Shown here: positions 45,416-53,657 of the stretch, piece by piece | Layout of the letters: each line of letters opens with the position of its first letter | Numbering within the stretch: the first letter of the stretch is position 1 | DNA from: Candidatus Microgenomates bacterium | Lineage (GTDB): Bacteria > Patescibacteriota > Microgenomatia > JACQLA01 | Direction of reading: 5' to 3' | DNA length: 59,841 nucleotides | Assembly (NCBI GenBank): GCA_016204255.1 | Contig: JACQLA010000003.1 | Span: forward strand, 250,088-309,928 | Notes under the pieces: generated by a model | The model's input: the letters and a program-made list of their open reading frames with translations, nothing else | Database searches by the model: none | What the model was told of the DNA's origin: nothing | Program-made: the position numbers and the translations under genes

Positions 45416-46090
45416 ATGAGGCCAAAGATTTTGATTGTTGAAGATCATAAGGATCTCCAAGAATATCTAAGGCTGATTATCGTTGAGAATGGTTACACGG
45501 TAGAATCAGCCTATACGGGGTCGGAAGCAATTAAAGCTTTAAATCGATCTTTACCAGACCTTGTTCTTCTAGATCTTGGACTTCCCGATATCAGCGGTGA
45601 GACCCTCTGTAAAGACTTCAAAAAAAAGTATCCCGATTTATCAATTATTATTTTAACAGCCAGAGATACCACTGATGATGTGGTCCATGGACTTGATCTC
45701 GGGGCTGATGATTACATCGCCAAGCCATTCCAGGCCGAAGAGTTGTTGGCCCGACTAAAAGCCCGCCTTCGTCAAATCAAAAATTCGTCCAATACCCCGC
45801 TTAGAATTGACGATTTAGAACTTGACGGCCAGAAAGTTCAGGTAAAGCGTGGGAGCCAATTGATCGACCTTACCCAAAAAGAATTTATGTTGTTGGAATA
45901 TTTAATGAGAAATAAAGGCCAGGTGCTTTCAAGAGAGATGATTTTGGACCGCGTCTGGGCGTATTCAAATGATGTCGAAAGCCGGGTAGTTGACGTTTAT
46001 ATCGGATATCTTCGTAAAAAAATCGACGGCAAGTCCAGTAAAAAACTTATCCATAGCGTTCGAGGTTTCGGCTACGTAATAAAGGACTAA
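45416..46090 (+). CDS. OmpR/PhoB-family response regulator
   Basis: LLDLGLPD, GADDYIAKPF, VDVYIGYLRKKI and SVRGFGY motifs. Confidence 0.96.
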   Translation: MRPKILIVEDHKDLQEYLRLIIVENGYTVESAYTGSEAIKALNRSLPDLVLLDLGLPDISGETLCKDFKKKYPDLSIIILTARDTTDDVVHGLDLGADDYIAKPFQAEELLARLKARLRQIKNSSNTPLRIDDLELDGQKVQVKRGSQLIDLTQKEFMLLEYLMRNKGQVLSREMILDRVWAYSNDVESRVVDVYIGYLRKKIDGKSSKKLIHSVRGFGYVIKD

Positions 46091-46185
46091 AAACTTCTTG
46101 CTTTTTTCTTACTTTTTACTCATCCGCCTTTAAAGATTTTTTTCTATACTTCAATTGATTTAAATAATTCGTTGAGGGTAAAAGC

Positions 46186-46431
46186 GTGATCATTTTTTGG
46201 TGGGTTATATTCGGTTTAATCAGCGGTTTTTTGGCTTCTTTGATTTTAAAGGGCCATAAGCATTGGGAGCTAATAAATGATATTGTTTTTGCTTTAACAG
46301 GCGCTTCTCTGGGAATTATATTAATGTATTTTGCTGGTCTTGCTCCGACTAACTTTAATATTTATGGGTTATTTGCTTCAATTTTTACCATCGTCATTTT
46401 CCTTTGGTTTACAAGAAAAGTCCATTTGTAA
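46186..46431 (+). CDS. GlsB/YeaQ/YmgE-like small membrane protein
   Basis: WVIFGLISGFLASLIL..DIVFALTGA pattern. Confidence 0.7.
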   Translation: MIIFWWVIFGLISGFLASLILKGHKHWELINDIVFALTGASLGIILMYFAGLAPTNFNIYGLFASIFTIVIFLWFTRKVHL

Positions 46432-46464
46432 AACCGCTCAAAAAGCTAACCAGCCTCCTACAAA

Positions 46465-46557
46465 TTAAGCAACCGGCGCCATCATCAACGAAATTAAATC
46501 AGCCAGAAGGCTCCGCTTAAACCAGCTGACCATTTTTTCTTTAGCAATTTTAGCCAT
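46465..46557 (-). CDS. 30-aa peptide MAKIAKEKMVSWFKRSLLADLISLMMAPVA
   Basis: Manual translation; GAAAGGAGGTGAAG RBS, near-perfect to the anti-SD, immediately upstream. Confidence 0.55.
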   Translation of the reverse strand: MAKIAKEKMVSWFKRSLLADLISLMMAPVA

Positions 46558-46648
46558 TCTTCACCTCCTTTCATTAGAAAAGGATAAGGTCTGGAGTTAA
46601 AAAATCTTGCAAAAACAAGTAAGAATCTAGTAAGAGTCTGAAGGAGAT

Positions 46649-47014
46649 TTAATTAAGAAATTTTTTAATGCTGGTTAGTAAATCATTGATGCTAAAGGGC
46701 TTTGCCAAAAAGTCATCGGCATAAAAATCGCTGGCGGGGTCTGCAGAAACATGTGCGGAAATCATAACTATCGGGATATGCTTTGTCTTCTTATTACTCT
46801 TGAGCTCGCTGGCTATTTCTTTACCATTTTTACCCGGTAATAAAAAATCAAGAATTATCAAATCCGCGGGAAACTCTCTGATTTTTTGAAAAATCTTTTC
46901 GCCCCGGGTTAGAACATCAACATGATAACCAACAATCGAAATAGCCATCTTCAAGGCATCTAAAATCGCCTCATCGTCATCAACAATCAAAATTTTTTTC
47001 AATTCATTCGTCAT
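46649..47014 (-). CDS. Single-domain response regulator (receiver)
   Basis: ILIVDDD, IILDFLLP, VMISA and FLAKPF motifs; the start overlaps the kinase stop. Confidence 0.93.
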   Translation of the reverse strand: MTNELKKILIVDDDEAILDALKMAISIVGYHVDVLTRGEKIFQKIREFPADLIILDFLLPGKNGKEIASELKSNKKTKHIPIVMISAHVSADPASDFYADDFLAKPFSINDLLTSIKKFLN

Positions 47015-49550
47015 TTTTTTCAAAAGGCAAAGAAAAATAAAAAGTTGAGCCCTGATCAATTTTACTCTCAACCTTAATTTCACTGCCGTGCAGCTTTATG
47101 ATTTCATTCGCTACATAAAGACCAATTCCAAGACCGGAAGGGAATCTACCATCTCCACTCTTTACCTGATAAAAACGCTCAAATATTCTGGAGTGATAAT
47201 TTTCACCAATTCCAACTCCCTGATCCATAACACTTAATATTGCCTTAGTGGAGTTGGCTTTCATCACAACCTTGATTGCTTTATCTTCAGGTGAATACTT
47301 CATTGCGTTGGAAAGTAAATTTATAAGAACCTGACCAATCCTAATTCGATCGCCATAGACCCTTTTACGCAGTTGGCCTTTGATAATAATTTTATGCGCC
47401 TTAGATATAGTCCTGACTTCGGAAGCCACCTCCTTTACAAGACCGGACATCGAAAATAATTCCCGACGAAGCTGAAGTTTTCCGGCCTGGATTTTCGATA
47501 CGTCAAGCAAATCATTGATTAACTGGGTTAGTTTGTCAACCTGATTATCAATCCGGGTAAAATATTTCATTATAGTCGTATCGTTACATCTTTTAGCACA
47601 AAGCCTCGGCAAGATTTGGGTTAACAGCTTGATGCTCGTTATCGGTGTTTTAAGCTCGTGGCTTGCGATGCTGATAAACTCATCCTTACGCGCCTCCAAC
47701 TCTTTGCGCTCGGTAATATCGCGAATAATCCCCGCCAAAGCCACAGTCTCCCCTTTAACACCTTTTACCACTGCTGCTTTTAACCAAATGGGGAAATTTC
47801 TCCCGTTTTTGTGCTTGACCAAAATTTCTCCGGACCAGTAACCAGTTTTTTTTAGGCTGGGAAAAACAAATTTTCGCGCAAATTGGGGATCAACATTCAT
47901 CTCATTGACATCTTTCCCCCGAAGGTCTTCCGGCGAAAAGCCATAAATATCTTTTACCGCCCTATTGGAATACATTATTTTTCCTTGAAGATCAATAATC
48001 TGCACGCCATCCGGGGCCTCCTCAATCACCTTTGAGTATAATTTCAATTCCTCCTTCACCTTTTTACGCTCAGTAATATCCTCTTTTACCGCCAAAAAAT
48101 GAGTAATAACCCCTTTGGAGTCTCTCACTGGGGAAATTGAAGCCGATTCCCAAAAGAGCTCGCCGGTTTTTTTCTTGTTATGAAACTCACCGCGCCATTC
48201 ATCGCCTAAAGTAATTTTTCCCCATAATTTTTTATACTCCGATTGCGGAGTTTCTCCGGATTTTAAAATGTTGGGGTTCTTACCAATAACCTCATCTGAG
48301 GAATAGCCGGTAACTTGGGTGAATTTGGGGTTAACATATTCGATGTTCCCTTTGATGTCTGTAATTATAATAGAGCTGGGACTTTGCTCCACTGCCCGGG
48401 ATAAAATTATGAGCTCTTCCTGAGTCTGTTTAAATTTAGTAATATCTCTTACCGCTCCAATGGTAAATTTAGGTTTTCCCACATGGTTTCGAATCAAAGA
48501 AACCGTAATATGAACCCAGATTATCTTACCGTCTTTGCGAACATATCGTTTTTCTAAATTATATTTTTCAAGCCTCCCCTTTTTCATCAATTTAAATTCC
48601 TTGCGATCCAAATATTGATCTTCGGGGTGAGTAAAATCCAAAAAAATCATTTTTTTTAACTCTTCTTTACTAAAGCCGGTCATGTTTTCAAAGGCCGAAT
48701 TAACCTCCAATGGCTGACCCGCAAGATCGGCTAAGGTTATGCCAATACCCGCATTCTCAAAAATAGCCCTAAACCGTTGTCCACTTTCCCGCAGTGCTTC
48801 CTCAAGCGTTTTTTGCTTCGTAACATCAGTAACCAAAGCCCCCGCGCCAATAATTTCTCCGTCTGGGGAACGGGCCGGAAAATAGCTTATACGGCGGTGC
48901 TGTATTTCTCCGGAGCCGGATTTGGTTGTTCCGGAAATTTCCAGATTTAAAACAGGTTTGCCTGTACTTAAAACCTGCTTCATTTTAGTCATGGCTTCAT
49001 TAGCCATTGAGGGAACAACATCCCGTGTTGTTTTTCCCAGATGCTCTTCAGCAGGCAACCCATTAAGATCAGCCAGGAATTGATTAACCCGTAAATACCT
49101 TAAATTCTTATCAAATAAAGCAAAACCAATCGGCTCCGTATCAAGTATCATTTCCAGGAGGGCACGTGTTTCATCGACTCTTTTTTCCATTTCCTTCCGC
49201 TTTGTAATGTCGGAAAAACAAACCAGCAGCCCATCTTTTGATGGGTAAGCATGCACTCGAAACCAAGTATTAAACGGGGGATAAAATTCTTCAAAATAGC
49301 CAGCGCGGCCGGTTTTAAAAGCCTTGTAATACATTTGGTAAAAGTTGGAACCAATGGCTTTAGGAAATTCCTGCCAAATATTTTTTCCCAAAAGGCTTTC
49401 TCTTTTTCGGCGCAGTAGTGGCTGAGCTTGTTTATTAATGTAGATAAAATTAAATTCCTTGTCCAGCATAAAAAAAGCGTCGCTGGAACCGTCGAGGATT
49501 TTAAGAATGTTTTGCATTGCTTTCGTTCTAGTATCTTTCATTTTAATCAT
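47004..49550 (-). CDS. Soluble five-PAS sensor histidine kinase
   Basis: Five PAS/PAC repeats, ASHELKTP HisKA, NAMKYS / DQGVGI / GLGIGL HATPase; no TM segment. Confidence 0.93.
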   Translation of the reverse strand: MIKMKDTRTKAMQNILKILDGSSDAFFMLDKEFNFIYINKQAQPLLRRKRESLLGKNIWQEFPKAIGSNFYQMYYKAFKTGRAGYFEEFYPPFNTWFRVHAYPSKDGLLVCFSDITKRKEMEKRVDETRALLEMILDTEPIGFALFDKNLRYLRVNQFLADLNGLPAEEHLGKTTRDVVPSMANEAMTKMKQVLSTGKPVLNLEISGTTKSGSGEIQHRRISYFPARSPDGEIIGAGALVTDVTKQKTLEEALRESGQRFRAIFENAGIGITLADLAGQPLEVNSAFENMTGFSKEELKKMIFLDFTHPEDQYLDRKEFKLMKKGRLEKYNLEKRYVRKDGKIIWVHITVSLIRNHVGKPKFTIGAVRDITKFKQTQEELIILSRAVEQSPSSIIITDIKGNIEYVNPKFTQVTGYSSDEVIGKNPNILKSGETPQSEYKKLWGKITLGDEWRGEFHNKKKTGELFWESASISPVRDSKGVITHFLAVKEDITERKKVKEELKLYSKVIEEAPDGVQIIDLQGKIMYSNRAVKDIYGFSPEDLRGKDVNEMNVDPQFARKFVFPSLKKTGYWSGEILVKHKNGRNFPIWLKAAVVKGVKGETVALAGIIRDITERKELEARKDEFISIASHELKTPITSIKLLTQILPRLCAKRCNDTTIMKYFTRIDNQVDKLTQLINDLLDVSKIQAGKLQLRRELFSMSGLVKEVASEVRTISKAHKIIIKGQLRKRVYGDRIRIGQVLINLLSNAMKYSPEDKAIKVVMKANSTKAILSVMDQGVGIGENYHSRIFERFYQVKSGDGRFPSGLGIGLYVANEIIKLHGSEIKVESKIDQGSTFYFSLPFEKNDE

Positions 49551-49691
49551 ATTGCCCTATACATCTTGTAATGTCGGGCTTATTATACTACGTCGCGCCA
49601 GCGCGACTTGTGTTTGGCGTTGCCAAAAGATTCTTATTGTTTTCAAGCCACAAACAACCCTGGTAGGATACAAAAATTTATTATCATAAAA

Positions 49692-50074
49692 TTATTTGGC
49701 TTGCATATCCGGCTGCATGATCCCAAATAAATTGCCTTCAGTATCGTGACAATAAGCCAGCCAACCAACACTGGGCACTGCCATTTTAGGCACAACAATT
49801 ACCCCCCGGCATTTTTAATTTTTTGGATAAATTCGTCAACGGAAGGAACGTCAATTATGCAAACATAAGACCCCATGCCATCGCCATTTACGGGTTTTTC
49901 GCGCTTTAAAAGACCCCCATCAATTCCAGGATCTGCCTTATTTCCGGTCATAACAAGCCAGTAATCTTGCGGTCCCTCCCATTTTTTGATCTCCCAACCA
50001 AAAACACCGCTGTAGAACTTAATTGCCCGTTCGGGTTCATCGGCATGAATTTCAAAATGTATAATTCTTAACAT
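49692..50074 (-). pseudogene. VOC/glyoxalase-family protein, frameshifted at a G6 run (49802-49807)
   Basis: HFEIHADEPERA..FGW..GIDGG; the C-terminus VIVVPKMAVPSVGWLAYCHDTEGNLFGIMQ continues in another frame, and G7 would restore it. Confidence 0.85.
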
Positions 50075-50138
50075 ATTATTCTTTTAAGTTTTAAGCTTAA
50101 TACTCTGCGATAAAGAGCTTTAAGTTGACACCACCGCT

Positions 50139-50303
50139 TTACACCGTTTCTACCATAGCCCGAATCTCCTCATCTGAAGCCTCCATGTCGTGCATAGTCT
50201 TGGCATGTTTTTTCGCTATCTCCACCAATTCTTCTTCGTCATGACTCTGCACCATAAATCCGCATTCCGGATCGCAGATTATTCTTTTTAATGATCTATC
50301 CAT
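50139..50303 (-). CDS. DUF1059-like small metal-binding protein (54 aa)
   Basis: Manual translation: CDPECGFMVQSHDEEELVEIAKKHAKTMH; GAAAGGAGGTG RBS. Confidence 0.8.
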   Translation of the reverse strand: MDRSLKRIICDPECGFMVQSHDEEELVEIAKKHAKTMHDMEASDEEIRAMVETV

Positions 50304-50400
50304 TTTTCACCTCCTTTCTAAAAATACTTTATTTCACTTAAATAAATTTGTTATAAGACTTTCGTAAGAAATTGGTAAGAGGAATTAAAGACGTAGACTG

Positions 50401-50440
50401 AAAAAACCAAAGGGAGAGGGTGGCAGATTTCCACCCTCTC
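50401..50440 (-). terminator. Intrinsic terminator of the repeat-protein gene
   Basis: GAGAGGGTGG/CCACCCTCTC 10-bp stem followed by a T-rich tail on the minus strand. Confidence 0.75.
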
Positions 50441-50457
50441 AACTCATATCACTTAAA

Positions 50458-50841
50458 TCAGGGATCTCTGACGAAGAGACTGTCCAAAACTATGAGTTCA
50501 CCGAGCCGGGATACGTTACTGCCGTTCCTTGCCACACCATCTGTCGGGAAAAGGCTATCCAGAACAATTAGTTCTCCCAGACGGGATGCTTGGGCGCCGC
50601 TTACAGCTCCATCTCTAGGAAAAAGATTGTCCAAAACCATTAATTCTCCTAAACGGGAAACGTTACCGCTGCCCGACACTCCATCATTAGGAAACAATCC
50701 TTCTAAGACAATTAGTTCGCCTAGACGAGAAACATTTGTCGAGGCGGCAGAAGCCCCCGGAACAATTGCATAAGCCGCAACTGAAAACATAACTGCCGTA
50801 CTGGCGATTACTGCGGTTGCTTTTTTAAGAAGTCCTTTCAT
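50458..50841 (-). CDS. Secreted protein with four SRLGEL(I/M)VL(D/E)xLF repeats
   Basis: Sec signal peptide (..AYA/ASA) plus four ~25-aa tandem repeats. Confidence 0.85.
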   Translation of the reverse strand: MKGLLKKATAVIASTAVMFSVAAYAIVPGASAASTNVSRLGELIVLEGLFPNDGVSGSGNVSRLGELMVLDNLFPRDGAVSGAQASRLGELIVLDSLFPTDGVARNGSNVSRLGELIVLDSLFVRDP

Positions 50842-51090
50842 TTTTTCACCTCCTTTCTAAAACTTGTTTCGATAATTAATACCAATGTAGCGCGATTTGG
50901 TTAAAGGGTAATGAATAAATTGTAAGACCTTCGTAAGGGGAATTTACGGAAATAGTAAGATAATTTACACTATTTTATTGACATGGCGTCATTTAAATTA
51001 TCAATTGAGGAAAAATTTTACCCTGAAAGGTGAAGGCGGGTCATTTTTCTTTTTGAGCAAAGCTCGAAAACTAGTGATTTTGGGTTTTTG

Positions 51091-51124
51091 TGGGTAGCCG
51101 TGGAATCGAACCACGCACTCCTGT
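51091..51124 (-). pseudogene. Isolated tRNA 3' half (Val-like guess)
   Basis: ACAGG-AGTG-CGTGG-TTCGATT-CCACG-GCTACCC-A; a palindrome (51125-51149) sits where the 5' half should be. Confidence 0.65.
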
Positions 51125-51165
51125 CTCGCCGAAGCCTCGGCGTAGGCGGATCTTCTTTAAAAATG

Positions 51166-51205
51166 TGGGCTGTGATGGGATCGAACCATCAACCTCGTTC
51201 TTAGA
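51166..51205 (-). pseudogene. tRNA 3' half whose acceptor strand matches the 5' half at 51326-51376
   Basis: TCT-AA-GAACG-AGGTT-GATGG-TTCGATC-CCATC-ACAGCCC-A. Confidence 0.7.
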
Positions 51206-51235
51206 CGCCCCGATTTCATCGGGGCTAGAAATTTG

Positions 51236-51307
51236 TGGGTCGGGATGGAATCGAACCATCTACCTCTTCTTTATCAGAGAAGCGTTCTACCAGTGAACTA
51301 CCGACCC
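51236..51307 (-). tRNA. tRNA-Ile(GAT)
   Basis: Full cloverleaf: GGGTCGG/CCGACCC, anticodon arm CTTCT-CT-GAT-AA-AGAAG, T-loop TTCGATT; CCA not encoded. Confidence 0.93.
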
Positions 51308-51325
51308 TCATGATCCACAAATTTG

Positions 51326-51376
51326 CAGAAAGCGCTCGGACTTTATCCGGCTTTGACGAAACTGAGCCAACAGCCC
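51326..51376 (-). pseudogene. tRNA 5' half with an enlarged (26-nt) D-loop
   Basis: GGGCTGT-TG-GCTC-[26 nt]-GAGC-G-CTTTC-TG. Confidence 0.6.
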
Positions 51377-51388
51377 ATATATTATTTA

Positions 51389-51565
51389 TTACCCGCTTTT
51401 CTTCTGACTTCTTCTTAATAGTTCGCCGCCTGCTGCTAAAGCGATTCCAGCAACCAGAAGGGGCTCACTAACTAAAAGCCCAATTAGCCCTGCCACAATT
51501 CCGCCGTTTCTAACAACACCTCCAAAGCGCTCCAGTTTTCCTGCCGATCCTTGTTCTTTTCCCAC
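51389..51565 (-). CDS. Small 58-aa membrane protein
   Basis: Manual translation from GTG: GKEQGSAGKLERFGGVVRNGGIVAGLIGLLVSEPLLVAGIALAAGGELLRRSQKKSG. Confidence 0.5.
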   Translation of the reverse strand: MGKEQGSAGKLERFGGVVRNGGIVAGLIGLLVSEPLLVAGIALAAGGELLRRSQKKSG

Positions 51566-51566
51566 T

Positions 51567-51803
51567 CTATGCCGCCTTTAAACTCATTTTTTGTTTACCC
51601 TCTCTCTGTTTTTGCCATTTATCAAGAATCATTATTTGAGCCTGATCAACTATTACGCTTAAGGCGGCTACAGTCGCAATGCCTGAGGCCCCGACTATCC
51701 AAGCTACACCTAAAACTCCCAACCCGATATTCCTTGTTGTCTCGTTAAATTTTTTGTACCCTTCAACCATTCCAGATCTCTCTGGATTTGTCATACCTAT
51801 CAC
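51567..51803 (-). CDS. Small membrane protein
   Basis: ORF track; helical hairpin; GAGGTGA RBS precedes the second Met. Confidence 0.6.
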   Translation of the reverse strand: MIGMTNPERSGMVEGYKKFNETTRNIGLGVLGVAWIVGASGIATVAALSVIVDQAQIMILDKWQKQREGKQKMSLKAA

Positions 51804-51812
51804 CTCATTTAG

Positions 51813-51884
51813 AGGCGCAGGCCGGAATCGAACCGGCGTATCGCTGTTTTGCAGACAGCCGCGTTACCTCTTCGCCACTGCGCC
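51813..51884 (-). tRNA. tRNA-Cys(GCA)
   Basis: GGCGCAG/CTGCGCC, anticodon arm GCTGT-CT-GCA-AA-ACAGC, U73 discriminator. Confidence 0.95.
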
Positions 51885-52023
51885 GCTTCATTTTAGCATT
51901 CTATCGAGTAAAAAAATTTTACCATACAGCCTCCCAAAAGTCTATCTTCCCAAGAAAAATTGTTTTTGAAAATTTAACCCCTAGAACTTGTAATTTAACC
52001 TATAGAAGTCTATAATTGACCCT

Positions 52024-52977
52024 ATGACTGAGAGACAAAAAATCAATTATTACCGGCATGAAGGCATTACCCCGCGGTTATCTCTTGACGGACCCGTGGA
52101 CAATTCTATACAGGTGACTCTTGTCCCGAACAAAAACCCTTTTTTAGGAATTAAGGGAAGCTGGGGAACAATTAAACCAAGAGCTAAAGACGTCTTTTAT
52201 GATCAGCGTTTTGCATTGAATGAAAAAAATTTACCCCCCGCGGGTCTTACGGAAACCTTAGTACGGGATCTGACGGAAATGGAAGCTACAGATCAAAAAT
52301 CTGCAGACAATCCGGAAGAGGTAAGGGTTTTAGCCGAAGAAAACCTTAAAATATCTATCTATATTGATCAGGCGGAAGGCGGAATTGGCAGCTGGAGTTT
52401 AGATATTCCCCCCGAGATAGACGCCAAAACAAACCGTCAATTGATGGAAATTCTTGATGAGGTTGAACCAGAGGCAAGAGGAGAATTAATTGGAATATTT
52501 GAAAAGTTTCTCCCTCGCTGTTCTGTTGAGCCTGAGGAAGGCATTTTTCTTATGCTGGATGATGAAGAAATGTTTTCCATAAAAGAAAACAGTCTAAATG
52601 TTCGCTACGAAAATGAAAATTCGGGACCGGTTGAAAGCAAGCAGGGCGAATGGGCCGGAGAAGCCCCCTGTCTTTATAAACTAGAGCTGAACAACCCATC
52701 GCGTTTCGAATTTATAGCAGGTGATTTACCTCTATGGGGAAAAATGGAACAATTTGCTGTTCGGTTTATCGGAGGTCTTGAATTTTCATCAACCGAGTTT
52801 TGCGCAATAAGAGAAGCTATTGATCGGTTGCTGTCGGGTGGTAATAGCATCAGTACATCTGATATTCGAGAACACCTCAAACCATACATGCGGGTAGAAT
52901 TAGTTGATAGGAATAGCCGAAGTTTTTACCCGGAAGATAACCCGGAAGAAAATCCTCCTGAAGTAAATCGAAATTAA
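52024..52977 (+). CDS. Acidic hypothetical protein
   Basis: ORF track; TATAAT just upstream; no family recognised. Confidence 0.7.
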   Translation: MTERQKINYYRHEGITPRLSLDGPVDNSIQVTLVPNKNPFLGIKGSWGTIKPRAKDVFYDQRFALNEKNLPPAGLTETLVRDLTEMEATDQKSADNPEEVRVLAEENLKISIYIDQAEGGIGSWSLDIPPEIDAKTNRQLMEILDEVEPEARGELIGIFEKFLPRCSVEPEEGIFLMLDDEEMFSIKENSLNVRYENENSGPVESKQGEWAGEAPCLYKLELNNPSRFEFIAGDLPLWGKMEQFAVRFIGGLEFSSTEFCAIREAIDRLLSGGNSISTSDIREHLKPYMRVELVDRNSRSFYPEDNPEENPPEVNRN

Positions 52978-52988
52978 GAATCATCCCC

Positions 52989-53249
52989 TTAAACAAGATC
53001 GAGCTCTCGCATTTCGGCGGGTTGGGAAACTTCACTGGCTGGCCGTAATACGGGTTCCCGAGAAATTGATTTTAACTCCAGCCCTGGCATGAATTCTTCA
53101 TCAGCATCGCCAATGGTATTTTCATCGCTCTGTGTGTTTGAATCAGTCACCCGACCATCGGGGGTTGTCGGGGCCAGGAAACCTCGCCGGTTTTTACTGA
53201 ATGCAAATGCCAGATCTGACAGTAAGCAAGGGTTTTCTAATTTTGGCAT
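52989..53249 (-). CDS. Hypothetical protein
   Basis: ORF track; AGAGGTGA RBS. Confidence 0.5.
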   Translation of the reverse strand: MPKLENPCLLSDLAFAFSKNRRGFLAPTTPDGRVTDSNTQSDENTIGDADEEFMPGLELKSISREPVLRPASEVSQPAEMRELDLV

Positions 53250-53353
53250 CGAGGATCACCTCTTCTCTGCTTAAAACTTTAACCTACCCATCTAATCTAG
53301 CACTTCTCATTTAGTTGTCAATATGGGAAAAGTGCCGGTAAAAATGATGCACA

Positions 53354-53380
53354 AAAAACCCCGCATAAAAGCGGGGTTTA
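53354..53380 (-). terminator. Intrinsic terminator downstream of the 16S gene
   Basis: AAACCCCGC-TTTTAT-GCGGGTTTTTT hairpin plus T-tract on the minus strand. Confidence 0.75.
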
Positions 53381-53657
53381 CTCATTCCTCAAAATTGAGC
53401 AATTTTTTTCTTCGACAATCAGGAAGTAGCAGGAAAGTTCCAGATTTTTTAGGAGATTCTGGAGAAACTCCGGTGTTGGTTTCCTCCTCCGACAAAAATC
53501 GGGGGGAACCGTGAATACTCCTAGAAAGGAGGTGATCCATCCTCAGCTTCGGCTAAGGATACCTTGTTACGACTTAGCGCTCATCGCCGACCTTGGCTTA
53601 ACTCCGATTAAATCGGAGCTTCGGCCACTGCCGACTTTGCTCACTTGACGGGCGGTG

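Noticed and set aside
50458-50760. Regularly spaced repeats as a CRISPR array
   Set aside because: The repeats vary at synonymous positions within an intact ORF, and there are no cas genes.
51071-51471. Track ORFs over the tRNA region, and trans-spliced split tRNA for the Val-like half
   Set aside because: The ORFs are tRNA shadows. No matching GGGTAGC 5' half was found in the window, and bacteria lack the archaeal splicing endonuclease.
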